From a virus: a stretch of 64,000 nucleotides of DNA. The DNA lies in IMG/VR virus record IMGVR_UViG_3300037069_000769, positions 38,322 through 102,321 of that record. The stretch is one strand, 5' to 3'. Position 1 is the first letter of the stretch, and the number at the start of each line of letters is the position of its first letter. Below the pieces are notes generated by a model. It was given only the letters and a program-made list of their open reading frames with translations. It was not told where the DNA came from and ran no database searches. Both the position numbers and the translations under genes were made by a program. Below are positions 20,801-30,179 of the stretch, piece after piece.

Positions 20801-21895
20801 GCGGCTGAGGAGGCTGCTGAACGCAAAGCCCAAGCGATGCGTGAGAAGGGTATCAAGGAAGACGCTCAGGCCAAGAAGAAAAAGGCTAAGGATGTTCTCG
20901 GGGATGCTGAGAAAGCTGCTGAGCAATCACTCGCAAAGCAGGTTCATTCGGTCGAGCAGTTGTACGCCTTGTATCAGGCCATTGCAGCTATTCGACGGGA
21001 TCAGGAGCATCGGGCTGAGATGGCTGCTCTGAAAGCATTGGAGTTGGAACGTCAAGCCCAGAATAAAGCGGCTAAGGCTGTTGCACGTCCTACCGACGCA
21101 GTTGCTCAAAACCGTGCCCTTCAGGCTCAGAACGCTGCACGAGTAGCTAAAGCTTTTGCCAGTGCTCGGGCTAATCAAGCCGGAGTTGAAGACCCGTTTG
21201 GGGAAGCATCCGATCTCGGGATGAAAGTCCATGAGAATCAGGTACGGAATTCGGCCCGAGCTGCTGTTAATCTTCGCAAGACGATTGACGGGGCTCTTGA
21301 TACTATCTTCTCCCGCTTTGAGGAATTGCAGGAGCGGATTTCCAGCGTAGGAGAAACGCTAGCCACCTCATTCGGGTCTGACAAGTTTCAGCCCCTTATT
21401 GACGGCGTGTACGAGTTACGCGACAATATCATTAACGCTTTGGATAGTATTCAGAACGAATTCACGTTCGCTCCTGAGAAATGGTCGTCAGCCTTTTTGG
21501 CAGCGTGGCAGGGAGCGGCCCAGCAAATCGTCGATGCTGTAATCTCCACGATGGAGCAAATTAAGCATGAGATGGACCCCGAAACTAAGCATAGCCCTTC
21601 ACTGGTCGATGTTTGGAATATGAACGTTGATACTGTTCGGGGAGGTATCAATCGAATCGGGTCAGTGCTGTCTAAGTTTGGCCCGCAAATGTCGGGGCTA
21701 AGTTTGGGAACTTTGGTTCACCCCAGACCTCATCCGATGATTGCGGGAGTTCCGACTCAAGTTGGGTCATCTTCGACCATTAACGACCATCGAAGTATGA
21801 CCATGCACGTAAACACCTCGTACGGTCTTGCTGACATGAAGCGTCATGTCGGTAATGTCATCGGGGATGCCTTTGCTGCCAAGGGAACTCGTTAA
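17867..21895 (+). CDS. tape measure protein (TP901 family)
   Basis: 1342 aa; FEQTMSAVKAV, LGQAGL, LDLAAAG, LGNAGLKGSMAGT core; long coiled coil. Confidence 0.95.
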   Translation: MAFTDTLGQAVIRVVADISGALSGLRALGAAVNQFGNTVASVGRGISSFGASAAILSASLTGLFTPTILDGSKFEQTMSAVKAVVDDLAKDIGDAKGNFDTLTDAARALGNGKYGPVAVAEAMKSLGQAGLTSSQILAGIKPVLDLAAAGEMQLGAAADHAADSMNAFGLRASDLNRVVDAMAAAASASTINISDMAETLKYASPLAAALGQSIESVSTGIGLLGNAGLKGSMAGTGLAHVFQQLSKKADEADEMLRRYGSSFAAVDPQVKSLTEIVLEFQRVGVSTADMMDFFGAFAGRAMLSLKNTTTEAIAKMTEALQNNLGSAADQAAIRLQNVRGTWAELRSALQNLNIEVFNAMKQQISEVLKTATQLIIKFQLWASENSKIVATIGTVAGGLAAFAAAVAAVGVPLGVTVMALGNLAAAAGTVIAALGNIEVAIGAGLAAAFTGLLIPILISLGQHFDELKEIASLTWTQGIEPFIAGMQEGFPTALAGVQEAFSGLNTAVGGALGHWKEALQNLDPAKVSDFGNLFVQIMGQIAEAVINASTIIVKNLKLIYEGLKLVIPGLGVVFDLSEKLLGEASGGAAEVKKSYDELVAIFDELKLRADAFTESSGEQVENARKVVKEQQELVSLLERQSHLKPSEFGKLGDLMDRNPNMRGDLENSVDATKAQLTKAEQELAKAKAAQRDLAPNSDLYAQAGERIRALTEVVRRWRDTLATAERNLKDFDKALEDNPGMLDKDADGFRKLSAELREYEAAINKAKAAQEAMGKGENKFQRAVDSIDEPKQTGTAGELQKADQLKEKNEEILKQRREQLSAMIEGMEAAGAMNDRFDDQIKKLKEQRELHKDNAEKVAELDKRLKVLNDAQQAANANRIESELRVKELREDRDKVDELLIKNQANTEDKKTKIMEQAEQKRKAHLLDLEADAAREKGNHTLQAKKEAEKFLEEEKKKLDDLYQLDGVNDAKITAERQAAEEAAERKAQAMREKGIKEDAQAKKKKAKDVLGDAEKAAEQSLAKQVHSVEQLYALYQAIAAIRRDQEHRAEMAALKALELERQAQNKAAKAVARPTDAVAQNRALQAQNAARVAKAFASARANQAGVEDPFGEASDLGMKVHENQVRNSARAAVNLRKTIDGALDTIFSRFEELQERISSVGETLATSFGSDKFQPLIDGVYELRDNIINALDSIQNEFTFAPEKWSSAFLAAWQGAAQQIVDAVISTMEQIKHEMDPETKHSPSLVDVWNMNVDTVRGGINRIGSVLSKFGPQMSGLSLGTLVHPRPHPMIAGVPTQVGSSSTINDHRSMTMHVNTSYGLADMKRHVGNVIGDAFAAKGTR

Positions 21896-21937
21896 ACTTG
21901 CAAACGTTTGCAAAACTTCAGTTAAGAGTGACGACAC

Positions 21938-22327
21938 ATGACTTGGCCTAAGATTGCTACGCTGAATGGCACTAACCTGCCCGTTCAGTTTTCATACAAG
22001 CCGTACATCCCGAAGAAGCGTAACACCACGACAGCAACTGCTAACGGTGTTGTGATTCAGTACGCGAATCCTCAGATTGTGCATGGTGAGGGAACTCTTC
22101 CTTTCACCATTCCGGGATGTACACCACCGGAGTATCAGACTCTCTGGACCCTGTACAATACCTCAACCCCAACAGGCTACACGTTTGTTGGGTATTGGGG
22201 AGAAACCCTGACCGTGTATTTCTCCACTTTGGATGAACCCACGGTCAGGAGCAGATTCTTTGACGTTTCAGGAATGCTGCAAGTATTGAGTATCGATGTA
22301 GATTACAATCCCGAGTGTGAGGGGTAA
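21938..22327 (+). CDS. putative distal tail protein
   Basis: 129 aa beta-rich ORF directly after tape measure. Confidence 0.55.
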   Translation: MTWPKIATLNGTNLPVQFSYKPYIPKKRNTTTATANGVVIQYANPQIVHGEGTLPFTIPGCTPPEYQTLWTLYNTSTPTGYTFVGYWGETLTVYFSTLDEPTVRSRFFDVSGMLQVLSIDVDYNPECEG

Positions 22328-22329
22328 GC

Positions 22330-24846
22330 ATGGGTTCCGAAGTAAGTCAATATCTGTACAGTTACGCCATCCAGCCTTCGAGAGATTGGAGGTACGACTA
22401 CGCACTTGATATTCCGTTGTTAATTGCTCCCCGCAATAATACGAATATGTGCGTAGAAAATATCGACTGGCTGCTTGACGGCACTCCGTTTGAGGAAGGT
22501 GGGAACAGCGGTATTGACTTGGTGTGGACTTCAGTAACGGGAGCGGAGTATTACATCCTTCAGTGGTGTAACAACTCTAGCTTCCGTGGGCCTACGTTAC
22601 GAGCCCTGCAAGTTGCTGACTCCGGCAACCTGTACACAACCTACACGCTGAAGTATATCACCGATGTATGGTACGGTGAGACCATCTATTGGCGGGTGAT
22701 TGCGTATAACACTCACGGTGGAGTTGGAGCTAAGTCGGATACTTGGCAGGCCACTTACGACTGTCCCGGAGGTAACAAGTCTAAGCAGCCTCAAAAGCCG
22801 AGCAACAACGACAGTCAAATCTGTGACAAGTTCGGAGTTCGGATTACTCTGGACGGTCCTGAGCATATGATGTGCTGCGATAAGCAGATGTACACACTGA
22901 ATGCTCAGTACTCGTGCACCGCTGATGATGGGGCACCGATCACAATTTATGCTGTGAACTATGCGATCGCTCAGGGATCGGTAGGCGGCGTATCAATCAT
23001 TCAGCAGAATGACAAGTTAGTAGTCGTCGAGATTGCGGCCACAGCTACTAACAGCTTTACCCTGACTGCCTCTATTACGTTCCAAGTCACTACTGACGAA
23101 GGGACTAAGTTTTTTACGTGCACCGGGCACAAGAAGATTTACACAGACTGTCTGACAGGTAAGGCCAGTGAAAAACCTTGGCTGAAGCTTGCGTATTACC
23201 CTTTGCCCGGCGTGGTGTTCTACACCGATCCATTCTACTCGGGAGATATGGTAGGCACGGACGACACGATGGACCCCGGTCTAGCAGTTCCGGGTATTCT
23301 TGGTCAGGCTCCTTACTGCGTTTCAAATATCCATGACGGGCTTCTTGCCAGTCTTGGGCAGAATGGGGCATACTCTGTTGACCTGATTGCCGTCGGTCCA
23401 GTAATTGAGATCAATCGAACCTACAATTACTTCTATTACGATAATGGAGGGTGCTCCAGCGGCATCCCTATCGGAGAACTCACGTATCAGATCAATGAGG
23501 CCCGCGTTCATATTCCGGTAGGATGTGGTCTGTGGTACGATGCTGAGTACGGGCTCCGTGCTGACAAACGTATGGCCGGTCGAGGATTGGGTTGGGGCTC
23601 AGACGCTTGGGGAGCTAGTACGGATCATCGGAGAGACTGTCAGTTAGGCATTCACACTTGTGGAGGATTTTTCGGGTTTAATACCTACCTAGGTGGTCCC
23701 GATGGAGCTTGCGATGGGTGTCCTCCGGGAACCTCTCCCCAAGATTTCGGTATCGGCGAAGCATTGTTTCCGATTGCAAGCGAGTTGATCGATAACGTAT
23801 TTCTGGGTAACACTCCCGCACTTCCCAACACTGATCCCGTATCTGCTAGCGGCGGTCCTATTGTCATGGGATGGACTGCGGCCTCAATGGGCTCGCTGGA
23901 TAGTACTTGGTGTGGGTCCGGATACGTTCTTGCCCTCAATTACGACTGCTCTTTGAAGGTTACTGCTGGTGCGGGTTGGGCAAATCAAACCGCTCTTGGA
24001 GTAGATACCGACCATCTTGCGGGCAGAGGTCTTCTCACTCAGATAGACGAGCTTTGTGATAAACTGCAAGTTGACTTAGGTTGCGGTTTGGCCCTTGATG
24101 GTAATCAGATTGTCATAAACGGCTCAGACCTTGGAGGTGCGGGCATCGCAGCGGGAAGTGGGTGCTCGTTAAGTGTTATCACCGGATGTGGTACTTACAT
24201 CGATCCAGATACGCACGCTGTCACGTTTAATGGCTCTGACGTAGCTGGAAACGGTCTGGTTGTTGGGGGAACGGGGTGCTCTCTTGATGTGAATCCCGGT
24301 TGCGGTATCTACATTTCAGCCGATCAAGTTACCGTCAAACGTGATGACCTTATTGGGAATGGGTTGAAAGCTGGATACGGTACGTGTTCGATTGACATTA
24401 ACTACGGTTGTGGTCTCACCTTGTCCTATGGTGCTCTGATCGTCAATAAGTCAACTTTGGCAGGCAAGGGGCTGCAAGCTGCGGGCTTATCTTCGTCCTG
24501 TGCTCTTGACGTGTTTGTGGGATGCCACCTCACTATTGAGACCGATAACAGTATTGGGGTAAGTACTGACGACGGCTTGTGTGGTGACGGTCTTACAAAT
24601 GGAACTAGCGGTTCCTGTGAGAACATTAATATCAATCCCGGATGTGGTTTGAAGATCAGTGGAGGCACGGGAACGGGCGGAGCTGTAATGGTAGATAACT
24701 CTGCTCTTGCCGGTGCCCACCTTGTAACCTCAGGAACTTGTGCTCTTGCTGTGAATGTTACTTCCCAAACTGTAGTTACGGGAGTAACCTGTAATGGTGA
24801 TGGGACGATTACAGTAACTACCGCAACGGTAAATGTCGTGGTGTGA
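22330..24846 (+). CDS. Cys-rich tail fibre/spike with FN3-like N-terminus and GCG repeats
   Basis: WTSVTGAEYYILQ...YWRVIAYN (FN3-like); about 36-aa repeats with GCG and AG.GL in C-terminal third. Confidence 0.65.
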   Translation: MGSEVSQYLYSYAIQPSRDWRYDYALDIPLLIAPRNNTNMCVENIDWLLDGTPFEEGGNSGIDLVWTSVTGAEYYILQWCNNSSFRGPTLRALQVADSGNLYTTYTLKYITDVWYGETIYWRVIAYNTHGGVGAKSDTWQATYDCPGGNKSKQPQKPSNNDSQICDKFGVRITLDGPEHMMCCDKQMYTLNAQYSCTADDGAPITIYAVNYAIAQGSVGGVSIIQQNDKLVVVEIAATATNSFTLTASITFQVTTDEGTKFFTCTGHKKIYTDCLTGKASEKPWLKLAYYPLPGVVFYTDPFYSGDMVGTDDTMDPGLAVPGILGQAPYCVSNIHDGLLASLGQNGAYSVDLIAVGPVIEINRTYNYFYYDNGGCSSGIPIGELTYQINEARVHIPVGCGLWYDAEYGLRADKRMAGRGLGWGSDAWGASTDHRRDCQLGIHTCGGFFGFNTYLGGPDGACDGCPPGTSPQDFGIGEALFPIASELIDNVFLGNTPALPNTDPVSASGGPIVMGWTAASMGSLDSTWCGSGYVLALNYDCSLKVTAGAGWANQTALGVDTDHLAGRGLLTQIDELCDKLQVDLGCGLALDGNQIVINGSDLGGAGIAAGSGCSLSVITGCGTYIDPDTHAVTFNGSDVAGNGLVVGGTGCSLDVNPGCGIYISADQVTVKRDDLIGNGLKAGYGTCSIDINYGCGLTLSYGALIVNKSTLAGKGLQAAGLSSSCALDVFVGCHLTIETDNSIGVSTDDGLCGDGLTNGTSGSCENININPGCGLKISGGTGTGGAVMVDNSALAGAHLVTSGTCALAVNVTSQTVVTGVTCNGDGTITVTTATVNVVV

Positions 24847-24939
24847 CCTAGCGGGATCACCTCAAATGTGCTACAATACCCTGAGTCTCATTTGAGGCTT
24901 GGGGTTTTTCTTTTGCAAACGTTTGCACGGAGTTTAGGT

Positions 24940-25362
24940 ATGCCATCAACAACTTTTGCTTGTGCTTGTTGCGGCGGGGGCGGCGGGGGATGTTCCGCAT
25001 GTACCGGAGTCGGGTCTACCTTAACGGTAACTATCAGCAATGCCCCAAACCTAGTTTGCGGCACGTGTAGTGTTATTACGACACCTCGTACTGTGACTAA
25101 GATTGCAGACTGCGAGTGGGAGTCATCTACGTTTAATACTTGCAGTAGGACTTGGAAGCTGGGGGTGATTGTCTTTACCTCTGCGGGAGTACGCCACGTC
25201 CGAGTATCTCTTACTTGCGTATCAGCGGGATGTTCTGATCTGATCTCGTGGACAACTCCGGCTCCTAATGCGTGTCCTCCTCAATCCGGCATTCCGGTAG
25301 ATGGTGGCGGTGGGGGCTCGGCCGCTTGCGACTTCAGTGCTAGCACGGCAGCCGTTGCTTAA
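24940..25362 (+). CDS. Cys/Gly-rich hypothetical protein
   Basis: ATG after palindrome 24914; CACCGGGGGGC and many Cys. Confidence 0.6.
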   Translation: MPSTTFACACCGGGGGGCSACTGVGSTLTVTISNAPNLVCGTCSVITTPRTVTKIADCEWESSTFNTCSRTWKLGVIVFTSAGVRHVRVSLTCVSAGCSDLISWTTPAPNACPPQSGIPVDGGGGGSAACDFSASTAAVA

Positions 25363-25380
25363 ACTTTCTCATATTTACTA

Positions 25381-25409
25381 TTGACACCATGTCAATATAT
25401 CGTTATAAT
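25381..25409 (+). promoter_or_regulatory. consensus sigma70 promoter with inverted repeat over -35
   Basis: TTGACA-17 nt-TATAAT; TATTGACA-CCA-TGTCAATA palindrome. Confidence 0.8.
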
Positions 25410-25494
25410 AAACTAACGTTTACACCGTTGGGGGAAAGTATATACATTACTCAACATTGCAAACGTTTTCACAAATCTACTAAGAATACCCGAT

Positions 25495-25707
25495 ATGACA
25501 CAAGAAAAACACAAAACGGGCGGTGATTCTGGGTTGCCCGAACCTTTGCCAAGGGTGTACGTCATTCTTCTGAATACCAAAGCAGGCCCGGCTGTTCGGG
25601 AAATGCTGCGTCGGGAATGGAACGAGCAAGTAGCGGGCTCTCCTATCTCTGGCATTCCTTTGGTGATACTCGGGCCGGGAGTAGAATCGGTGGAGGTACT
25701 TCCCTGA
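25495..25707 (+). CDS. hypothetical protein
   Basis: 70 aa downstream of promoter. Confidence 0.45.
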   Translation: MTQEKHKTGGDSGLPEPLPRVYVILLNTKAGPAVREMLRREWNEQVAGSPISGIPLVILGPGVESVEVLP

Positions 25708-25745
25708 AATCTGCTTTCGTAATCTCGGTCCTGAAGTGAGAACGT

Positions 25746-25994
25746 TTGAAAATGTTTACTACCCTTGATCCTAGTAGTACCTACAAACCCCATCCTGACG
25801 GAATCTCAGTAATTTCTGGGGATGGGGTTTTGGTTGCCCGAATTGCTTGGTGGTCTGATGATCCGGTAAGAGACGGTATAGGTGAGGCCCGAACTGTTGT
25901 AGCTTGGTATCACAAACGCGGAATTGACGTTACCCGTATTGTACTTGATAGATCGGGTAATGAGCTATTTAGGTGCAGTGGGGAAGACCTATGA
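25746..25994 (+). CDS. hypothetical protein
   Basis: Small ORF in tightly packed run. Confidence 0.5.
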   Translation: MKMFTTLDPSSTYKPHPDGISVISGDGVLVARIAWWSDDPVRDGIGEARTVVAWYHKRGIDVTRIVLDRSGNELFRCSGEDL

Positions 25995-26230
25995 CAGATA
26001 TTTCTGATGTGGCCCGACTCTCTGACATTGAGAAGTGCTTTCTCCGTCGGCCTGTGAAAGATTTGCAAGCGTTTGCAAAAGAGCAGGGGTTCACTGTTCG
26101 CATCGTAGCTGTGAATGGCTATAGATGTGTGGTGACTCAAGGCTTCAACCCTAACCGAGTAAACATCGGTGTTGGGTCTTTGCCCGGAGAACTCGACGGC
26201 CAGATCACTAGCTTTGAAGGGGTTGGGTGA
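25991..26230 (+). CDS. hypothetical protein (I78-inhibitor-like C-terminus)
   Basis: ATGA-coupled; VTQGFNPNRVNI resembles the VT.D...RLN motif. Confidence 0.5.
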   Translation: MTDISDVARLSDIEKCFLRRPVKDLQAFAKEQGFTVRIVAVNGYRCVVTQGFNPNRVNIGVGSLPGELDGQITSFEGVG

Positions 26231-26556
26231 TGAGTAACACTCTGAGTATTGATTTTCTCAAGCGACTTCTTATGGCTAATCAACTTGGGATCAGACTTGA
26301 GCGGATGGATGGCCATAGGCGGTTGCTGTACTCTGTCACCGATTACCCCGGACCCTGCGATGAGGTCAGCTTTGACGAGATGTACCTGCTGAAGTCCGGA
26401 CGGCATGCTCCCATGAAGGAATACGGGTCTCCTTCTGATGCTCTTGACAAAATTGATGCTTGTCTGAAAGATTTGAGCATGCCACCCCTTCTTGAGCAGT
26501 TTCACGATACTTGGGCCGGAGATTGGGCCTTAGCTTGGGGTATAGCCGATGAGTGA
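26227..26556 (+). CDS. hypothetical protein
   Basis: Coupled ORF. Confidence 0.55.
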   Translation: MMSNTLSIDFLKRLLMANQLGIRLERMDGHRRLLYSVTDYPGPCDEVSFDEMYLLKSGRHAPMKEYGSPSDALDKIDACLKDLSMPPLLEQFHDTWAGDWALAWGIADE

Positions 26557-26866
26557 TCCTGATTCAATTATTGTCCCGAAAGCTTTGGGAGAAGCCGTTG
26601 TTAGGTTTACCCGAGCCCGCGAAGTGGCCGAGACTGCACGGGAACTCCGTCTGGCCTTTCGGGACTGTTGGAGTATGTGGTTCAAATGGTTCCGACGGCG
26701 AGAGTTTGAGAGACGCAAGCAGCGTTTGAAGGCGGCATGTCAACGTATGTCGGCTTTAATAACCTCTGCGTATATTGACTCGGACCCCGAGGTAGATGCT
26801 GCTCTACGGGATGATTTAACCCGTATCTTGCAAGACGTTGAAGCGGAGTTCTTTCATGGCAAGTGA
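26549..26866 (+). CDS. hypothetical protein
   Basis: Coupled ORF. Confidence 0.55.
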   Translation: MSDPDSIIVPKALGEAVVRFTRAREVAETARELRLAFRDCWSMWFKWFRRREFERRKQRLKAACQRMSALITSAYIDSDPEVDAALRDDLTRILQDVEAEFFHGK

Positions 26867-27116
26867 TCCCTCTGAGGGGTTATTCGGAGAAGATCGGAAA
26901 CCTGTTATGGTAAAGATATGGGGCAAATGGGTTTTGGTTTCGCCCGAATTGTGTCGTACGGCTGTCTGCCAATACCGCAATTGCATGCAGGCCGGACTTG
27001 AGTGGTGGGACTTCTCAGTACTTTCAACTGTTCTTAACCTCTTGCTGCACGGTTGATCTGAAATGCGATACTTGTAGTACACGACTCCGATTGCCCTAAG
27101 TGTAAGGGAGAGTAAT

Positions 27117-27359
27117 ATGGGAGATTTTCCCCGAAATGTTGATGCTCGAACTAAGCCGATTGAGTCCTATGAGATAGCTCAATGGCACCCACTTCCTGAC
27201 GGTAAGGGTAAGCCAACCGCTGTGTGCTTCATCCTTAATGTTAAGGGTGAACCCCCGAAGGCTATGCGGATGAAGTCACGTCGAGCAGTTGACGAGCTTA
27301 TTGAAGCTTTGATCCTGCACCGTGATTCTGTTTTCCCCGAACCTGAGAAGAAGGTTTGA
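27117..27359 (+). CDS. hypothetical protein
   Basis: GGGAG RBS, 80 aa. Confidence 0.6.
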   Translation: MGDFPRNVDARTKPIESYEIAQWHPLPDGKGKPTAVCFILNVKGEPPKAMRMKSRRAVDELIEALILHRDSVFPEPEKKV

Positions 27360-27406
27360 CCCTTTTCGATTGCAAACGTTTGCAGTCTTTAGTTGGAGAA
27401 TGTGAG

Positions 27407-27727
27407 ATGAGGTTCGGTCGAATCTACAAGCCTTACATCCGTCGGGTGCTCGGAGAGATAGTTGAGGGTAAATTCTCTACTGTTGGAGCACTGACGGATA
27501 GGTTTGATAGTCGGGGTAAACCCACCGTTGCTGAGCTTGAGAGTTGGTACGTCTACCATTACGTGACCCGATTCAGTTTGATGCCCGAATCCCCAAAAAC
27601 CGCCGCAGCCTTTGCTGAGGCTGTCAGACAGGCCCTGAAAAAATTCCGGGAAACTCCCATTGCGGACAGTTATACCATGTTGTATAATACATACTCGGAA
27701 TTTCGGGATCGGTTTCCGAACATTTGA
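27407..27727 (+). CDS. hypothetical protein
   Basis: GGAG RBS after palindrome 27371. Confidence 0.55.
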   Translation: MRFGRIYKPYIRRVLGEIVEGKFSTVGALTDRFDSRGKPTVAELESWYVYHYVTRFSLMPESPKTAAAFAEAVRQALKKFRETPIADSYTMLYNTYSEFRDRFPNI

Positions 27728-27741
27728 TAGGAGAGTGTGCC

Positions 27742-27972
27742 ATGTCCGAATCTAAGATTCCTCAAGTCGGCGATAAGTTCTATCCGGGATTTGAGGATGA
27801 GTATCTCGATCCCCCGAAACCTGAAACTCAGTTGGTAAGGATTGCCAAAATTGGGCAGATGATTGAGATGGACGGTCATGAGGGTCGTGCTGTCTTCGTT
27901 GAAGATCAAGGTTGGTATGACTGCTTTTGGAGTACGAAACTTAAGCAGTTTGTCGCAGTTCTTGAGACGTAA
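27742..27972 (+). CDS. hypothetical protein
   Basis: AGGAG RBS. Confidence 0.55.
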   Translation: MSESKIPQVGDKFYPGFEDEYLDPPKPETQLVRIAKIGQMIEMDGHEGRAVFVEDQGWYDCFWSTKLKQFVAVLET

Positions 27973-27992
27973 CTTTAGCTATTGAGGGTATC

Positions 27993-28214
27993 ATGGTTGA
28001 GAAGATTCAAGTCGATGCGTACAAGACGGCTGATGGGAAAGTGTTCAACGATTCGCAGGAAGCGAAGGATCACGAGGATGTGTTCCTGCTGACTCGATTT
28101 TGCGAGATACATTCGCAAAGCAACCCATGTCCTGATGATCCTACCGGCCTTGCTGATTGGTTGCTTGAGCATGCCAAGGAGTTGCACTCCCTGCTCTCAA
28201 CCATAAAGCCCTGA
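27993..28214 (+). CDS. hypothetical protein
   Basis: GAGG RBS; YKTADGKVF motif common in phage small proteins. Confidence 0.6.
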   Translation: MVEKIQVDAYKTADGKVFNDSQEAKDHEDVFLLTRFCEIHSQSNPCPDDPTGLADWLLEHAKELHSLLSTIKP

Positions 28215-28227
28215 CTTTGGAGGTAGG

Positions 28228-28590
28228 ATGAGTCGTGAAGTATTTGTTCAGTTGATGCAGGAGATGGCCGATCTTACGAAGCCGGCATGTGCGTCTTGTC
28301 GAGTACCTCATGCTTGCTGTGATGGGATGTACTGCGGCATTGCGATTGAGTACGCTAAGAATGTGTGGGGCGTAGCTCTTGAGCCTACAGGTCACCCCGA
28401 TCTTCCTCTGATGGGTGAGACTGGCTGTACTGCTCCACCCCACCTCAGACCTATTTGTACTCTTCATGCTTGCAGTATCGCGGGCATAGGAGCTTCCAGC
28501 GATCCTAAGTGGGATGATCGGTACTATCAACTGCGTGATAAGATCATGGAAACGTATGTTGCCCTCGAAGAAATGGGTGACATGGTGTAG
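28228..28590 (+). CDS. Cys-cluster protein (YkgJ-like)
   Basis: CASC...CC...C and GC......RPIC....C. Confidence 0.6.
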   Translation: MSREVFVQLMQEMADLTKPACASCRVPHACCDGMYCGIAIEYAKNVWGVALEPTGHPDLPLMGETGCTAPPHLRPICTLHACSIAGIGASSDPKWDDRYYQLRDKIMETYVALEEMGDMV

Positions 28591-28597
28591 CTTAGTT

Positions 28598-28696
28598 GCC
28601 CCGGTCCCATGAAAGCTGTTGGGGAGGTATCGCTTAGCCAGTTGACGCCATCAGCAGTATTTGGAAATGGCATGGGTTCGAGTCCCAGCCGGGGCA
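28598..28696 (+). tRNA. tRNA-like RNA, anticodon arm not assignable
   Basis: GCCCCGG/CCGGGGC acceptor stem, TGGG-TTCGAGT-CCCA T arm, GCCAT/ATGGC long variable stem. Confidence 0.55.
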
Positions 28697-28726
28697 TTTT
28701 TGCAAACGTTTGCACGAAAGGGAGAT

Positions 28727-29179
28727 ATGAACGTTCAATACAAGAAGGGCGACCTTCTCGAAGCTACTGAGGACATCATTGCTCATGGCTGTAACTGTGT
28801 GGGCATAATGGGAGCTGGGGTTGCCAGAGTTATCAGTGATCGATGGCCTGTGGTGTTTCCGGCTTACTCGAAGGCTTGCAATGCTGGACTGTTCCAGTTG
28901 GGAACGTGTCAGTTGTTGCAGGTGTCCATTCCGTTTCCAGTCCCTACTCGGGGTATGAGGATTGCCTACGTGGCGAATTTGGGAACTCAGCATGCTCCCG
29001 GCCCAGACTTCAGATTGTCGGCCCTGCGGACGGCTTTGGATAACTTGGTTCTCCGTGTTGGGCGTGAACGTGTAGCCATCCCTAAGATTGGGGCGGGGTT
29101 AGGCGGAGGAAATTGGCACGAGATCGAGAGGGTTCTCTTTGACACCCCTCTGAACTTTACAGTCTATGTCTTGGAGTAG
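28727..29179 (+). CDS. macrodomain protein (ADP-ribose hydrolase, Poa1p/TARG1-like)
   Basis: KGDLL, IAHGCNCVGIMGAGVA, AIPKIGAGLGGGNW. Confidence 0.92.
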   Translation: MNVQYKKGDLLEATEDIIAHGCNCVGIMGAGVARVISDRWPVVFPAYSKACNAGLFQLGTCQLLQVSIPFPVPTRGMRIAYVANLGTQHAPGPDFRLSALRTALDNLVLRVGRERVAIPKIGAGLGGGNWHEIERVLFDTPLNFTVYVLE

Positions 29180-29181
29180 CC

Positions 29182-29418
29182 ATGCGTAAGTATTTGAAAT
29201 TTATCGATGCTGTGCGGACTACGGCGTATGGTGTGTCTTTTTGCATACTTGCTACGGTCTGCTACAGCATGATGTATCGATTGGGAAGTTTGGAATCTCG
29301 GGTGCACCAACTTGAGGATGCCAAGTATCAGCAGTTTCTCAAGGAGGAGATGGAGAAAGTTCCCGGTCCTATGCTACTGCCTCCAAAGCGTGGACGCGAT
29401 CCTCTAGCTCGCAGGTAG
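29182..29418 (+). CDS. small membrane protein
   Basis: GGAG RBS; one TM segment then coiled coil. Confidence 0.5.
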   Translation: MRKYLKFIDAVRTTAYGVSFCILATVCYSMMYRLGSLESRVHQLEDAKYQQFLKEEMEKVPGPMLLPPKRGRDPLARR

Positions 29419-30150
29419 ACCGTGCGGAGATTTGTCGGTAAACCTCGATTCAGTAATTGCTGGATGACTTGTGCTTGCCTATTTCTGGCAGGACGATTAC
29501 GAGGTGTTGTTATCATTTTTCCAGCAGGTCAAGTAATGCCTCATTTGATTGGCATAACCCGTAGGGGTAAGTTGATTCACTTGATTCACTGTCGTGATCC
29601 TTACTGTGATTGTTGGAACTACATCTTTTGGGGAAGACTTCAAGTTTTTTCACCCAAGTTGTTTGATCGTCGTAGAGGGTGTCCTTATTATGTGTTAGGA
29701 AGACTATGCCTGATATGACGATCAACAATTCGAGCATTCAGCGTAGGGCTTTCTCTTTTGAGTATACGGGCAATGTTGACAGTGAGCCTACTGCGATGCG
29801 GTGGGAGCATTGGATGGAAGATGTGATGAAGTTCATTGACGGTATCGAACCTAAGTGTTTGGTGAATGTCATTGAGCATGGCCATGTCGGGAAACACATC
29901 ATTATCGTTTGGTATTGGAGAGTGCTGTGATCCCTCTGACAGGATTTCATCGACAAATGCCTGAGTTACGGATGACCGAGGATGAAGAGAATCGATTGAT
30001 GGTTCGTAAGGTCTCCGGTGGGGTACTCATTAAGAATAACCGAGCTAGGTGCGTTTGTCGTCAGAGTGCAAAGTCTCGTCGAGATATTCCTCTGTTGGAC
30101 CGTCGGGCCGAAAAGAAACGAGAACGTCAAGCACGCCGTCGAAATAGGTC

Positions 30151-30179
30151 TTGACAGTTGTTCATTTGAGCGGTATAAT
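30151..30179 (+). promoter_or_regulatory. consensus sigma70 promoter
   Basis: TTGACA-17 nt-TATAAT. Confidence 0.8.
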
